Part shown: positions 9,123 to 18,546 of the stretch, piece after piece
Position numbering within the stretch: the first letter of the stretch is position 1
Layout of the letters: each line of letters starts with the position of its first letter
Origin: an uncultured Thermoplasmatales archaeon
GTDB taxonomy: Archaea > Thermoplasmatota > E2 > DHVEG-1
Reading direction: 5' to 3'
Assembly (NCBI GenBank): GCA_964636235.1
Contig: CAZWQV010000001.1
Coordinates: 13,022-77,021, forward strand
Length of the DNA stretch: 64,000 bases
Program-made: the position numbers and the translations under genes
The notes under the pieces: model-generated
The model's input: the letters and a program-made list of their open reading frames with translations, nothing else
Databases searched by the model: none
What the model was told of the DNA's origin: nothing

Positions 9123-10091
9123 ATGAGTATAGATCAAAGGGATAAGAAATTACTATATCATTTAAGTTTAAATTCAAGAATGTCCCTAGAATCTTTAGGT
9201 AAAATATTATATCTAAGTAAAAATTCTGTAAAGTATAGAATAAAAAGATTAGAAAAGATAGGAGTAATAAAAAATTATTATACCGTGATTGATATATTTA
9301 AACTTGGATACATCTGTATTCGGTGTTATATAACTTATCAAAACATCTCTCCTGAAATAAAATATAAAATAATCAATCATTTCAAATCCAATAAAAATGT
9401 CTGCGTTGTATCCTCAATGACAGGGCCATCGAATCTTACTGTCATTTTTTGGGTAAAAAAAATTAATGAATTCCAGAAATTTTGGCTGGAAACATACAAT
9501 AAATATGGATATTTTTTTAACAAACAAAACTTATCGCTTTATTATGAAATTCATCTTTACCCATTTACATTTCTCAATATGCACGAGGATGATTTTGATA
9601 ATAAAAAAAGAGATGAAATAATCATTGGTGGAAATGTTATAGAAACCGATCAAATTGATTTTAAGATAATGAAAATGTTAGCATATAATAGTAGAATACC
9701 AATAAAAACTATAGCTAATAAATTAGATATATCCATAAGAACTGCACATTATAGAATAATAAAATTAAAAAAGATGGATATAATTCGGATTTTTACTATT
9801 AATATTGATTTTTCTAAACTGGATTTCAAATGGTTCAAAGTGGATGTTTATTTATTCGATAATAGTAAAAAAAATAATATTATTCATTATTTAAAAAATA
9901 ATCCAAATATGACGGCTATTGATATAACAACTGGTTTTTCTGATTTGGAACTTGAATTTCATGTAAAAGATATTGGACAACTTGATTGTATACTTGATGA
10001 TTTAACAAGTAAATTTAACACTTCGATAAAATATTATTCATATTTCAATATTAAAGAAAATTACAAATATTATTACTTTCCAGAAAAATAA
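9123..10091 (+). CDS. Transcriptional regulator with two tandem Lrp/AsnC-like HTH modules
   Basis: Two HTH-like segments (LSKNSVKYRIKRLEKIGVI and DISIRTAHYRIIKLKKMDII), each followed by a RAM-like region; paralogous to the ORF at 35571-36620. Confidence 0.5.
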   Translation: MSIDQRDKKLLYHLSLNSRMSLESLGKILYLSKNSVKYRIKRLEKIGVIKNYYTVIDIFKLGYICIRCYITYQNISPEIKYKIINHFKSNKNVCVVSSMTGPSNLTVIFWVKKINEFQKFWLETYNKYGYFFNKQNLSLYYEIHLYPFTFLNMHEDDFDNKKRDEIIIGGNVIETDQIDFKIMKMLAYNSRIPIKTIANKLDISIRTAHYRIIKLKKMDIIRIFTINIDFSKLDFKWFKVDVYLFDNSKKNNIIHYLKNNPNMTAIDITTGFSDLELEFHVKDIGQLDCILDDLTSKFNTSIKYYSYFNIKENYKYYYFPEK

Positions 10092-10426
10092 ATTATTTTC
10101 AAATATAAAAAATTATGCATAATATCCTTTACTAAAAAAGTCACATTTATTATATTCTCTAGCAGAAATCCATCTTATGAAGCCTACGGAGATACTACGG
10201 TTTATAGGTTATAATCCTTATAAATTTTAATTTGAAAATATAAAAAAATCTATAGGAAAAGTAATTATATATTTCAGAGTCTTTAACATCTTAAAACATT
10301 ATTGAATAAAAATTTGATTTCAATTATATAAATAATTTTTTATAATTTGTTTCAATTATTGTTTATTGTTGTCAAAACCATTAAATATAGTTATTTTTTA
10401 TATTAACTTATATATGGGGGCAAATT

Positions 10427-11989
10427 ATGAAAAAGCTGATCTTAATCATAATAACTTTATCTATGATCATTCCAACAACTATCAGTTCGTCTTTGCCGCA
10501 TTCATTTAATGAAATACCTACACAAATATCAACAATCGAGGATCTAGATCCTTTGTTAGACTTAACAGTCACGTTTGAACTCCTAAAGTTACGATCACTT
10601 GAAAAAAATGATAACCATCTTCATTTTCGAGAATATATCGATAGATACACAGACCCAGATTTCTATCTTAAAGTATGGATCAACGGAGAAATGAGTAAAA
10701 GTCCCATTTGGAGAAATACTTGCTACATATACGATCCAAATTGGAATATAACCGTAAACGTTCCAGATGATGAAGAATGGGTAGATATAAGAATTGAGCT
10801 ATGGGATTGGAATCTTGGAAGAGATCAAAAATGTGATATCAGTGGATATCAAGATGGTGGAAAGGACAGATATGGTGTTGAATTGCAATATTGCATAAAG
10901 AGCGGGCATTGGATTGGTGGTGATTATTTAGAAAATCTTTATCTAAACGCTGATCCCAGTGGATACGGTCGATTGGATGGATGTGATGATGGTAGTATTT
11001 ACCAGCATGATTTTGATTGTGAACTCTGGTTCAATATTTATCAAAACGATTACGATGGGGATGGCATCCCATATTGGACAGAGGTGAATGTCTATGGAAC
11101 AGATCCCCAGATTGATGACAGAGGGAGGGATGATGACGGTGATGATGTACCTATTGAATGGGAACACAAATGGGGAAATTCATACAAATGGGATTACGAA
11201 ATATTCGAATATAACCAACTCTATTGGTATGATCCCTTTTCTTGGGATGATCATCATAATATTGACATTGACAATGATGGATTATCTAATTATGAGGAAT
11301 ACCTCACATCTCAATGGGGCTCAGATCCTTTTAGAAAAGATCTTTTTGTGGAAATGGACCTGATGGAGCCAGGACCTAATGGTGAATTAACAGAGTTTCC
11401 AAGGGATTCTAAAGAGATTCTTCGAACTGTTTATGATCGACAAAACATCGTGTATCATCTTGATGATGGATATATGGGTGGCGGTGAACGTATACCTTTT
11501 GATGATTCAGCAACCGATGATGAGATAAAAGAGATTTATTGGAATTATTTTTTACACGGAGATGAGAATTGTTGGAGACGTGGTGTATTTCATTATGGAT
11601 TAGTTATCTATAATGCTGAACGATTTCCTGGTTTTGGTTTCTGGGGAGGAGTGAAACCTGTTATTGATTCATATCAGATTTCTGCGTTAGGCATGGATAA
11701 AAAGGCGAACTTGTTCTACTTGAATAGAGATATTGTTTATGCAAGTGCATATATGCATGAATGTGGGCATACCCTTGGTATATTCCATGGTAATACGCCG
11801 GGTTGTGATGATCAAGAGGGAAAATATCCCTGGCAGGCGAACTGGTGGAGATGGCGATCATATAAAAGTGTGATGAATTATGGTTATATGTATCAAATGG
11901 TCGATTATTCAGATGGATCTAGAGGAAAGAACGATTTTGATGACTGGGATAGGCTTGATTTCAAGTTTTTTGAAACCCCTCTTTGGTAA
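10427..11989 (+). CDS. Secreted metzincin zinc metalloprotease with acidic Ca-binding (thrombospondin-type-3-like) repeats
   Basis: Signal peptide; HECGHTLGIFH (HExxHxxGxxH) and downstream Met-turn SVMNY; DxDxDG repeats (DYDGDGIPYWTE, DIDNDGLSNYEEY, DDDGDDV). Confidence 0.6.
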   Translation: MKKLILIIITLSMIIPTTISSSLPHSFNEIPTQISTIEDLDPLLDLTVTFELLKLRSLEKNDNHLHFREYIDRYTDPDFYLKVWINGEMSKSPIWRNTCYIYDPNWNITVNVPDDEEWVDIRIELWDWNLGRDQKCDISGYQDGGKDRYGVELQYCIKSGHWIGGDYLENLYLNADPSGYGRLDGCDDGSIYQHDFDCELWFNIYQNDYDGDGIPYWTEVNVYGTDPQIDDRGRDDDGDDVPIEWEHKWGNSYKWDYEIFEYNQLYWYDPFSWDDHHNIDIDNDGLSNYEEYLTSQWGSDPFRKDLFVEMDLMEPGPNGELTEFPRDSKEILRTVYDRQNIVYHLDDGYMGGGERIPFDDSATDDEIKEIYWNYFLHGDENCWRRGVFHYGLVIYNAERFPGFGFWGGVKPVIDSYQISALGMDKKANLFYLNRDIVYASAYMHECGHTLGIFHGNTPGCDDQEGKYPWQANWWRWRSYKSVMNYGYMYQMVDYSDGSRGKNDFDDWDRLDFKFFETPLW

Positions 11990-12042
11990 TACATATGAGA
12001 AATTGAATACTATTTATATGTTAATAACATATTTATAGAATA

Positions 12043-12573
12043 ATGACCGATCAAATAGTTTATGATGTGATAGAAAAAATTGATACGTTAGAGATACGTC
12101 AATACCCCGAGTTAATATTCGCTGTGGTTGAAAACGATATGGATGATTCTGGATTTAATTTATTGTTTCGATATATCTCTGGTGAAAATAAAACACAAAG
12201 TAAAATTAGGATGACTGCACCAGTAATTACCTCAGAGAAAATGAAAATGACAGCCCCTGTCGTTTCTCGAGATCATTATATGGCTTTTGCAATTCCTTCC
12301 GCTTACAATAAAGATACAGTCCCTATACCAATAAATCCTTCAGTAAAAATTGAAGTTCAACCAAAAAAAATAATGGCGGTCCTTAAATTTAATGGAAGAA
12401 CGTCTGAAAAAATAGTACAAAAATATATACAAGAACTTATCAATATCTTAAAAACTCATAAAATACAGATTAAAGCAGAACCAGTATTGATGAGATATAA
12501 TAGTCCTTTTACCCCTGGTTTTTTACGAAGAAACGAAGTAGCAGCAGAAATAATTAAAAACAATAAAAAGTAG
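12043..12573 (+). CDS. SOUL/HBP heme-binding family protein
   Basis: Conserved SOUL-like blocks (YExxxxxxxYExR, MTAPV, RxNE near C-terminus). Confidence 0.6.
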   Translation: MTDQIVYDVIEKIDTLEIRQYPELIFAVVENDMDDSGFNLLFRYISGENKTQSKIRMTAPVITSEKMKMTAPVVSRDHYMAFAIPSAYNKDTVPIPINPSVKIEVQPKKIMAVLKFNGRTSEKIVQKYIQELINILKTHKIQIKAEPVLMRYNSPFTPGFLRRNEVAAEIIKNNKK

Positions 12574-12628
12574 GATGAAAAGTTATTTACAGAGACCGGA
12601 TATCAGAAAGTCATCCAAATTCTAAATG

Positions 12629-13195
12629 TTATGGTTCTCTAAGTACCTTGTATAAATTGGATGTATCAAATCCTTCCCTTTTAGCAATATCTTTCATTTC
12701 ATTGAGAAGCGTGTCATCTATTACCGGTATTCGTGATAGGAACCAAAGATTTTCTCTGTTTTTTGTTCCTACAACAGCCCATTGATAATTATTATCCAAT
12801 CCTATAACATTATAATCAGAGTCAAATCCAAAAAAGTTAACAATTAAAGCACCATTTTTATTAGAACTATTTGCATATCGAGCGGTCCCTTCTATTTGCT
12901 TTTCACGTCCTCTAAGGATGCATTTATTTAACACATGAATAGTAGTTTCAGATTCAACAGTATATGTTGCCGTGCTATTGATACATTTTTCTGAGGAATA
13001 ACCAAATGGATAAATTCCATAAAAAACTGGGAGTTCATATACGCTATACCATAAACCAGAATATTGAACAGCATCCAATTCATCGACTACGTTGAGAGGT
13101 TCACCAGGATTGTCATCAATACAACCAGAAAAAAATCCGATACAAAGAAGTGAAATTGTTATAAATAAAAATATAATAAACAATTGCTTTTTCAT
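12629..13195 (-). CDS. blc: Bacterial-type lipocalin (Blc-like) lipoprotein
   Basis: Signal peptide with lipobox-like FSGC; lipocalin SCR1 YSGLWYSV; Blc-like NYQWAVVG ... LWFLSR. Confidence 0.65.
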   Translation of the reverse strand: MKKQLFIIFLFITISLLCIGFFSGCIDDNPGEPLNVVDELDAVQYSGLWYSVYELPVFYGIYPFGYSSEKCINSTATYTVESETTIHVLNKCILRGREKQIEGTARYANSSNKNGALIVNFFGFDSDYNVIGLDNNYQWAVVGTKNRENLWFLSRIPVIDDTLLNEMKDIAKREGFDTSNLYKVLREP

Positions 13196-13484
13196 TTTAT
13201 TTTCCCCCAGGGAAGTTAATTATTTCTCCCTCAAATTAATAATTAAATGTCAATTTATATACTTATCTATTGTTATTAATATAAAAAAACAAATTTCATT
13301 CATAATATTATTTTTTTAAATTGATTAATTTTCATGTAATAATTATAAAGAAAGAAAATACAAAGATTTACTTGTAGATTGGCATTCAAATCCTTCCCCC
13401 ATATATTATCAGAACGAGTTTAGAATCCCACGTCTAAATTATTGCAATATTTGTCACGTTTCTAATGAGAAAATCCTTCTTAAA

Positions 13485-13557
13485 AGCCGACGGAGGGATT
13501 TGAACCCCCGACCTGCTGATTACGAATCAGCCGCACCACCAGCTATGCTACGTCGGC
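13485..13557 (-). tRNA. tRNA-Thr (anticodon CGU)
   Basis: Reverse complement folds as cloverleaf: 7-bp acceptor stem GCCGACG/CGTCGGC, anticodon loop UUCGUAA, T-arm GGGGG-TTCAAAT-CCCTC; no encoded CCA. Confidence 0.85.
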
Positions 13558-13649
13558 ATAATAAAACCTGGAAATACAATTCTCTGATAAAACCTCTTCG
13601 CCGATTAGAATAGCAATATCTTTTTAGTTAACTATCATATTTACTTTGA

Positions 13650-14315
13650 TTGATTCAAATGATTTGTGGTGTCGATGAGGCAGGAAAAGGTCCAGTGTTA
13701 GGCCCATTAGTTGTTGCAGGAGTAAATTTTCCATCAGATGATCAAATTAATTCTCTTGGATTTAAGGATTCAAAAAAATTAAGTCCAAAAAGAAGAGAGT
13801 ATTATGCAAAAATTATTGAAAAGCATGCATCAAATATTGAAATACTTGTTATTGCAGCATCTGATATTGATGATATGCGGAAAGTCATGACTATGAATGA
13901 AATTGAAGTATTTGCTTTTACAAAAGTAATTAAAAAGTTGAAACCTGAAATGTGCTATGTTGATGCCGCGGATGTAAACGAAGAACGTTTTGGAAGGGAA
14001 ATAGCAAAAACACTTCCTAAGAAAATGGAAATAATTTCAAAACATAAAGCTGATGATTTATTTCCAGTTGTAAGTGCTGCATCCATTATTGCAAAAACAC
14101 GACGCGATGCAGAAATGAGGAAAATCGCAACAAAACTCGAGCCAAGAATCGGCAAACCTATCGGAAGTGGCTATCCCGCTGATCCAATAACAAAATCATT
14201 TCTTGAAACCTGGATAAAAACATTCAATAAACTTCCCCCACAGACTAGACGCTCTTGGCAGACCTCTAAAAACCTATTAATGAAACAAAAAATTAAAAAA
14301 TTGGATGATTTTTAA
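13650..14315 (+). CDS. rnhB: Ribonuclease HII
   Basis: N-terminal ICGVDEAGKGPVLGPLVVAG catalytic motif; 221 aa. Confidence 0.9.
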   Translation: MIQMICGVDEAGKGPVLGPLVVAGVNFPSDDQINSLGFKDSKKLSPKRREYYAKIIEKHASNIEILVIAASDIDDMRKVMTMNEIEVFAFTKVIKKLKPEMCYVDAADVNEERFGREIAKTLPKKMEIISKHKADDLFPVVSAASIIAKTRRDAEMRKIATKLEPRIGKPIGSGYPADPITKSFLETWIKTFNKLPPQTRRSWQTSKNLLMKQKIKKLDDF

Positions 14316-14334
14316 AATAGATTTAAGGGATAAG

Positions 14335-14392
14335 AAAAGGACCCACTTTTTGAAAAATACGGGAATTAATGGAGTTACAAATGGGTCCTTTT
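14335..14392. terminator. 11-bp inverted repeat (AAAAGGACCCA ... TGGGTCCTTTT) between convergent rnhB and response-regulator genes
   Basis: Perfect 11-bp arms separated by 36 nt, flanked by A/T runs on both sides; could terminate both convergent transcripts. Confidence 0.4.
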
Positions 14393-14519
14393 AATACTTA
14401 TGGGACAAGTAAGAATAGGCAATGAAATAATCATATTTAAACCACAATTGACAAAAAGTCAAAGTGTAAAAATAACAGTAAATTTTAAATACTATAAAAA
14501 AAGGAGGAAATGTGGTTTA

Positions 14520-14876
14520 TTATTGGATTATTGCAAGCAGTGTATCCTCATTGAACGGTTTTCCAATATAGTCTTGGACATAACTTGCAAGTTCAGCGAT
14601 TTTTGAATGATCTTGTGTTCCTTTTCCAGTAATGATTTTTATATTTACTTGATCAATAAGATCTCTGTTGACAATCTCTCTGATGGTATCACATACATCC
14701 ATTTTTGGCATCATGATATCAATGAGAACTATCCCTGTATATCCCTGCTCAATTTTTTTTATACAATCTTTTCCATTGTTACATGCGATTACTTCGACAT
14801 TGTGTTGTGCATAGAAGGTTTTGAGTGCAAGTAGGATATCTTCTTCGTCATCCACAATTAAAATTTTATCAATCAT
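14520..14876 (-). CDS. Single-domain response regulator (CheY-like receiver)
   Basis: 118 aa; DD pair near N-terminus (LIVDDEED), phospho-acceptor Asp in LIDIMMP, conserved Lys region; no adjacent histidine kinase. Confidence 0.8.
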   Translation of the reverse strand: MIDKILIVDDEEDILLALKTFYAQHNVEVIACNNGKDCIKKIEQGYTGIVLIDIMMPKMDVCDTIREIVNRDLIDQVNIKIITGKGTQDHSKIAELASYVQDYIGKPFNEDTLLAIIQ

Positions 14877-15002
14877 TTTTTAAACCACCAACCCGTTTTA
14901 TCTTGGTTATAGAATTTTTTGTTTGAAATCATATATAAATCATGACTGGTAGTTTTTCAAAATGTATTATTAAAAAAATTTTGAAAAGAAAAAAGGAAGG
15001 AT

Positions 15003-16094
15003 TTATTGGTGGTCTTCCTGAAATTGCTTTAGAAATGATGCAAGTGTTTCGACTCCTTCAAGGGTCATTGCATTGTAAATCGATGCTCTCATGCCCCCAA
15101 CAGAACGATGTCCTTTTAACCCAATGAGATCATGTTTTAATGCTTCTTGGAAGCATTGTTGTTCTAATTCAGGAGTTTCTAAGTTAAAAGTGATATTCAT
15201 CAAGGACCTGGAATCATTTTTCGCATGACCTTTATAAAATCCATCTGAAGCATCAATGACATCATAAATGAGTTTCGCTTTCTTTTTATTAATTCTTTCA
15301 ATTTCTTTCACGCCACCCAGATTTTTAAGATATTCAAGACTTAATTTACACATATAAATAGAAAAGCATGGGCAGGTGTTAAAAAGAGAATTCTTATCTG
15401 CATGGGTTTTCCATTTCTGCATCGTTGGCGTATTTTCTGATACTCGTGACAATAAATCTTCACGAACGATAACAAGTGTGACACCTGCAGGACCAATATT
15501 TTTCTGAGCTCCAGCATAAATCACACCAAAGTCTTTGACGTTAATTTCTTTATCCATAATATTTGAGGACATATCGCAAACTAATGGTACATCTGATGGT
15601 GTTTTTGGCCATGTGTGATATTCTGTTCCATAAATCGTATTATTTCCTGTGATATGTGCATATGATTTTTGGTCATCAAATGAAATATCTTTTGGAATAT
15701 AGGAAAATTTATCATCCTCAGAACTGGCAACTATATCAACTTCACCAAATAATTTGGCTTCTTTAATTGCTTTTTTTGACCAAGTTCCAGTATTAACATA
15801 TTGCATTGCTTTATCATTTTGATATAAATTAACTGGAACCATATAGAATTGACTTGATGCTCCACCCTGTAACCAAAGGATTTTGTAATCATCAGGAACA
15901 TTCATTAGTTCCTTTACTAAATCAATTGATTCATTGTGAACTTGATCATATTCTTTGGATCGATGTGATATTTCTAATATTGAAATACCTGTTCCTTTGA
16001 AATCTAATAATTCTTCCTGAGCTTTTTTTAATGCAGGTAGAGGAAGAGTCGCAGGGCCTGCATAAAAATTAAATACCCGTTTCATTAAACTCAC
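15003..16094 (-). CDS. serC: Phosphoserine aminotransferase
   Basis: 363 aa; FNFxAGPA N-terminus, PLP-lysine region (GAQKNIGPAGVT), class-V aminotransferase length. Confidence 0.85.
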   Translation of the reverse strand: MSLMKRVFNFYAGPATLPLPALKKAQEELLDFKGTGISILEISHRSKEYDQVHNESIDLVKELMNVPDDYKILWLQGGASSQFYMVPVNLYQNDKAMQYVNTGTWSKKAIKEAKLFGEVDIVASSEDDKFSYIPKDISFDDQKSYAHITGNNTIYGTEYHTWPKTPSDVPLVCDMSSNIMDKEINVKDFGVIYAGAQKNIGPAGVTLVIVREDLLSRVSENTPTMQKWKTHADKNSLFNTCPCFSIYMCKLSLEYLKNLGGVKEIERINKKKAKLIYDVIDASDGFYKGHAKNDSRSLMNITFNLETPELEQQCFQEALKHDLIGLKGHRSVGGMRASIYNAMTLEGVETLASFLKQFQEDHQ

Positions 16095-16282
16095 CTGATT
16101 ATTTTATCTTATGGAGATGTATTGATATTGGTTTTTTAAATTATTCGTAGGAAAAATGTTTGAAACGGCCATTTTTCATCCATTTTTTTAATCTGATAAC
16201 ATATGTACAGATAGTAGATAATGAATGTACAACAACTCCTTAATAACTAAACCAGACAAAATAGGTGTTGTGAGGAAACAAC

Positions 16283-16630
16283 ATGAATAAAATTTTTATT
16301 GAGGCGTTGAAAAAATCGTTTGATATGAAAACAGAGGATGCAGTGAATCTAGCAAAAACCGTTGAAAAAATATTTGATGGGAAAACTGAAGTAGAAGATA
16401 TGAGCATTGATAAATATTCAAGAGCTCTTTTTTATGAATTGCAACGTCAACAGTTACTTAAAATAAGAAGAGAAGAAGTAAAAGAGGAGGGAAAACAATT
16501 ACGAAAATTTTACTGGTCGTTTGATAAGATAAAAATTAAAGAAAAAGCAAGCATGAAAGAATATGAAGAAGATTTTACCATTTATAAAAAAATCCCAAAA
16601 AATGCTTGGCTTGTTCGTTTGAATAATTAA
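16283..16630 (+). CDS. Hypothetical charged protein
   Basis: 115-aa ORF, Lys/Glu-rich, no recognisable motif. Confidence 0.3.
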   Translation: MNKIFIEALKKSFDMKTEDAVNLAKTVEKIFDGKTEVEDMSIDKYSRALFYELQRQQLLKIRREEVKEEGKQLRKFYWSFDKIKIKEKASMKEYEEDFTIYKKIPKNAWLVRLNN

Positions 16631-16642
16631 AAATTTACCTCT

Positions 16643-17233
16643 TTATTTTATATTGCTTTTTAGCTTATTTTCTAATTTATTTAATTTTTTTTGACAACGC
16701 GTCATTAAATCATTTCCAAATTGAACCAATTCTTTAATATACGAAGCTGAAACCACTAATTTCCCATTTTTCCCAATAGGAACATCCATTCGTTCAGTAC
16801 TTATTAATTCAACAATAATGCGATCTTTAACAGTTTTAAATCCAGAATGCTTAAACCCTGAAGAAACCCCAATTTTTAACAGTGTATCAGCATCTTGTAT
16901 TGATTCAGATGCAATATGAAAAATAGGTGCTTGGGCAATAAACCATAATTGATCTGATGTATATTTTTCAAGAGCAGGTTCAACATCATCAAATTCTACT
17001 TCTCTATGCCATTTTCCATGAAAAATAGCTTGTTTTTTATCACCAACTTTTGGTAATTGCATGATAATTATCCTCCCCGCACAACTACTAGTTGTAACGT
17101 ATTGGGGTTGCTCATTGATCAGATTCAGAATAGATACTACCAACTGATCAACTTGATGAAGATCGAAAGCGTGAGTTAATTTTTTAAGAGTCTGGGTTTT
17201 AAATTCTAAAAAATGAGTATCTTTAAAAACCAC
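16643..17233 (-). CDS. taw3: tRNA wybutosine-synthesis protein Taw3/TYW3 (SAM-dependent methyltransferase, DUF207)
   Basis: 196 aa with hallmark TTSSCAGRI motif. Confidence 0.65.
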   Translation of the reverse strand: MVFKDTHFLEFKTQTLKKLTHAFDLHQVDQLVVSILNLINEQPQYVTTSSCAGRIIIMQLPKVGDKKQAIFHGKWHREVEFDDVEPALEKYTSDQLWFIAQAPIFHIASESIQDADTLLKIGVSSGFKHSGFKTVKDRIIVELISTERMDVPIGKNGKLVVSASYIKELVQFGNDLMTRCQKKLNKLENKLKSNIK

Positions 17234-17251
17234 GATATTTCACCTTATTTT

Positions 17252-18397
17252 TTAATTTTCTTTTTTGGTTATTTGGATATTTCGTTTCTTTAATTCTTTG
17301 AACAATTGTTTTGGTGGAATTATTGATTCGGGGCAAAAAACACCTCTTTTATTAATAATATTTTTTCCAATTAAATCAGCAGTAATTGATACCGGAAAAC
17401 CTGTGGTTCTCATCATTGCAGTAAATCCAGTTTTCTTGTCCATATAATCTATCATTTCGTATACTACAGAAACAGGTTCTTTTTGATGTTTGCATTTACT
17501 GATTACTTTCAATAAAACAACATCTTCATTACTTTTCGGTAAATATGTTTCTAACATTTTTATTAGAACGGTTCTTGGAACAATTTCCAATCCATCTATA
17601 TTTATTTGTTTAGTTGATCCAAAACCTAAATCAAGGAGAGTTTTAAATTTTTGACAATGACCGGGAAATCGAATTGTTTTATAGTCCAAATATGAAACAA
17701 TATCTTTATAGGAATAAGGTAAAGTCGAGCTGCCTCCTGATGTAATAAATGCTTCCAAATTTTCAAATGGCTTGGAAAATGAAATAGATTCAATTTCGGT
17801 CATGGATGATTTTTTCTTTACAATTCCATGATCAAGTATTAATGCATCTTCTACGTATTCATTAAGTAAACCGTTAGGTGAAAATACTAGTTCATACTCT
17901 AACGGTGGCTTTGGATGAACCGGCAGACCACCTACGCGAATTTTAACATATTCAATATCATTGTAGGTGTCAACTATGTCTCTAGTAATGACAGAAACTA
18001 ATCCAGGAGCTAAACCTGAATCAGGAATGATGGTTACCTGTTTTTCTTTTGCTTGCCGGTTAAATGATCGTTGTTTGTTTACAATATCGTTGTTCCCCCC
18101 CAAATCAATAAGATGAATTTGATATTCAAGGGCAATTCTCGTTAACATTAGATTAAAAAAATAAGGGACAGCAGAGATCATAACATGAATATCAGAGCAC
18201 GCATTGCCAGTTATTTTTTCATCTGTAATATTAATTTGTCTGGTGTGTAACTTTGAATGCTGAATAATAGCCTCTGCTTGTTTTAAGTTATTTTTATCCT
18301 TATCAAGTAATAACACCTCATTAAAAATGGTGTTATGACATAAATCGTAAGCTATTGCTCTACCCATCAAACCAGATCCAATAACCGCCGCTTTCAT
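17252..18397 (-). CDS. Saccharopine dehydrogenase-family NAD(P)-dependent oxidoreductase
   Basis: N-terminal Rossmann fold VIGSGLMGRAIAYDL; 381 aa typical for Sacchrp_dh family. Confidence 0.65.
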   Translation of the reverse strand: MKAAVIGSGLMGRAIAYDLCHNTIFNEVLLLDKDKNNLKQAEAIIQHSKLHTRQINITDEKITGNACSDIHVMISAVPYFFNLMLTRIALEYQIHLIDLGGNNDIVNKQRSFNRQAKEKQVTIIPDSGLAPGLVSVITRDIVDTYNDIEYVKIRVGGLPVHPKPPLEYELVFSPNGLLNEYVEDALILDHGIVKKKSSMTEIESISFSKPFENLEAFITSGGSSTLPYSYKDIVSYLDYKTIRFPGHCQKFKTLLDLGFGSTKQINIDGLEIVPRTVLIKMLETYLPKSNEDVVLLKVISKCKHQKEPVSVVYEMIDYMDKKTGFTAMMRTTGFPVSITADLIGKNIINKRGVFCPESIIPPKQLFKELKKRNIQITKKEN

Positions 18398-18546
18398 TGA
18401 TTGTACCTCTACACAAAGATATAAAATGAGATAATAATAACATATTGGTTCTCATTTTAAAAAAAATATTTTCTTGTTTTATACATAGCATAATGATTAT
18501 ATGAGATTATTTCATTTCCCTACAAAACAATCGGGAGGCAAAACCG

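Noticed and set aside
10092-10426. 335-bp AT-rich intergenic region upstream of the metzincin containing short CTACGG direct repeats (CTACGGAGATACTACGG), considered as a possible small RNA
   Set aside because: No convincing stable secondary structure, promoter/terminator pair or conserved box elements could be discerned by eye.
13370-13400. tRNA-like fragment GGCATTCAAATCCTTCCCCC on the plus strand about 100 bp from tRNA-Thr, considered as a possible att-site repeat of an integrated element
   Set aside because: It is in the opposite orientation to the tRNA 3' end, does not form a T-arm, and no integrase or matching direct repeat is present; likely coincidence.
14942-15127. 61-aa plus-strand ORF overlapping the 3' end of serC
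   Set aside because: Overlaps a strong minus-strand CDS and has no motif; considered spurious.
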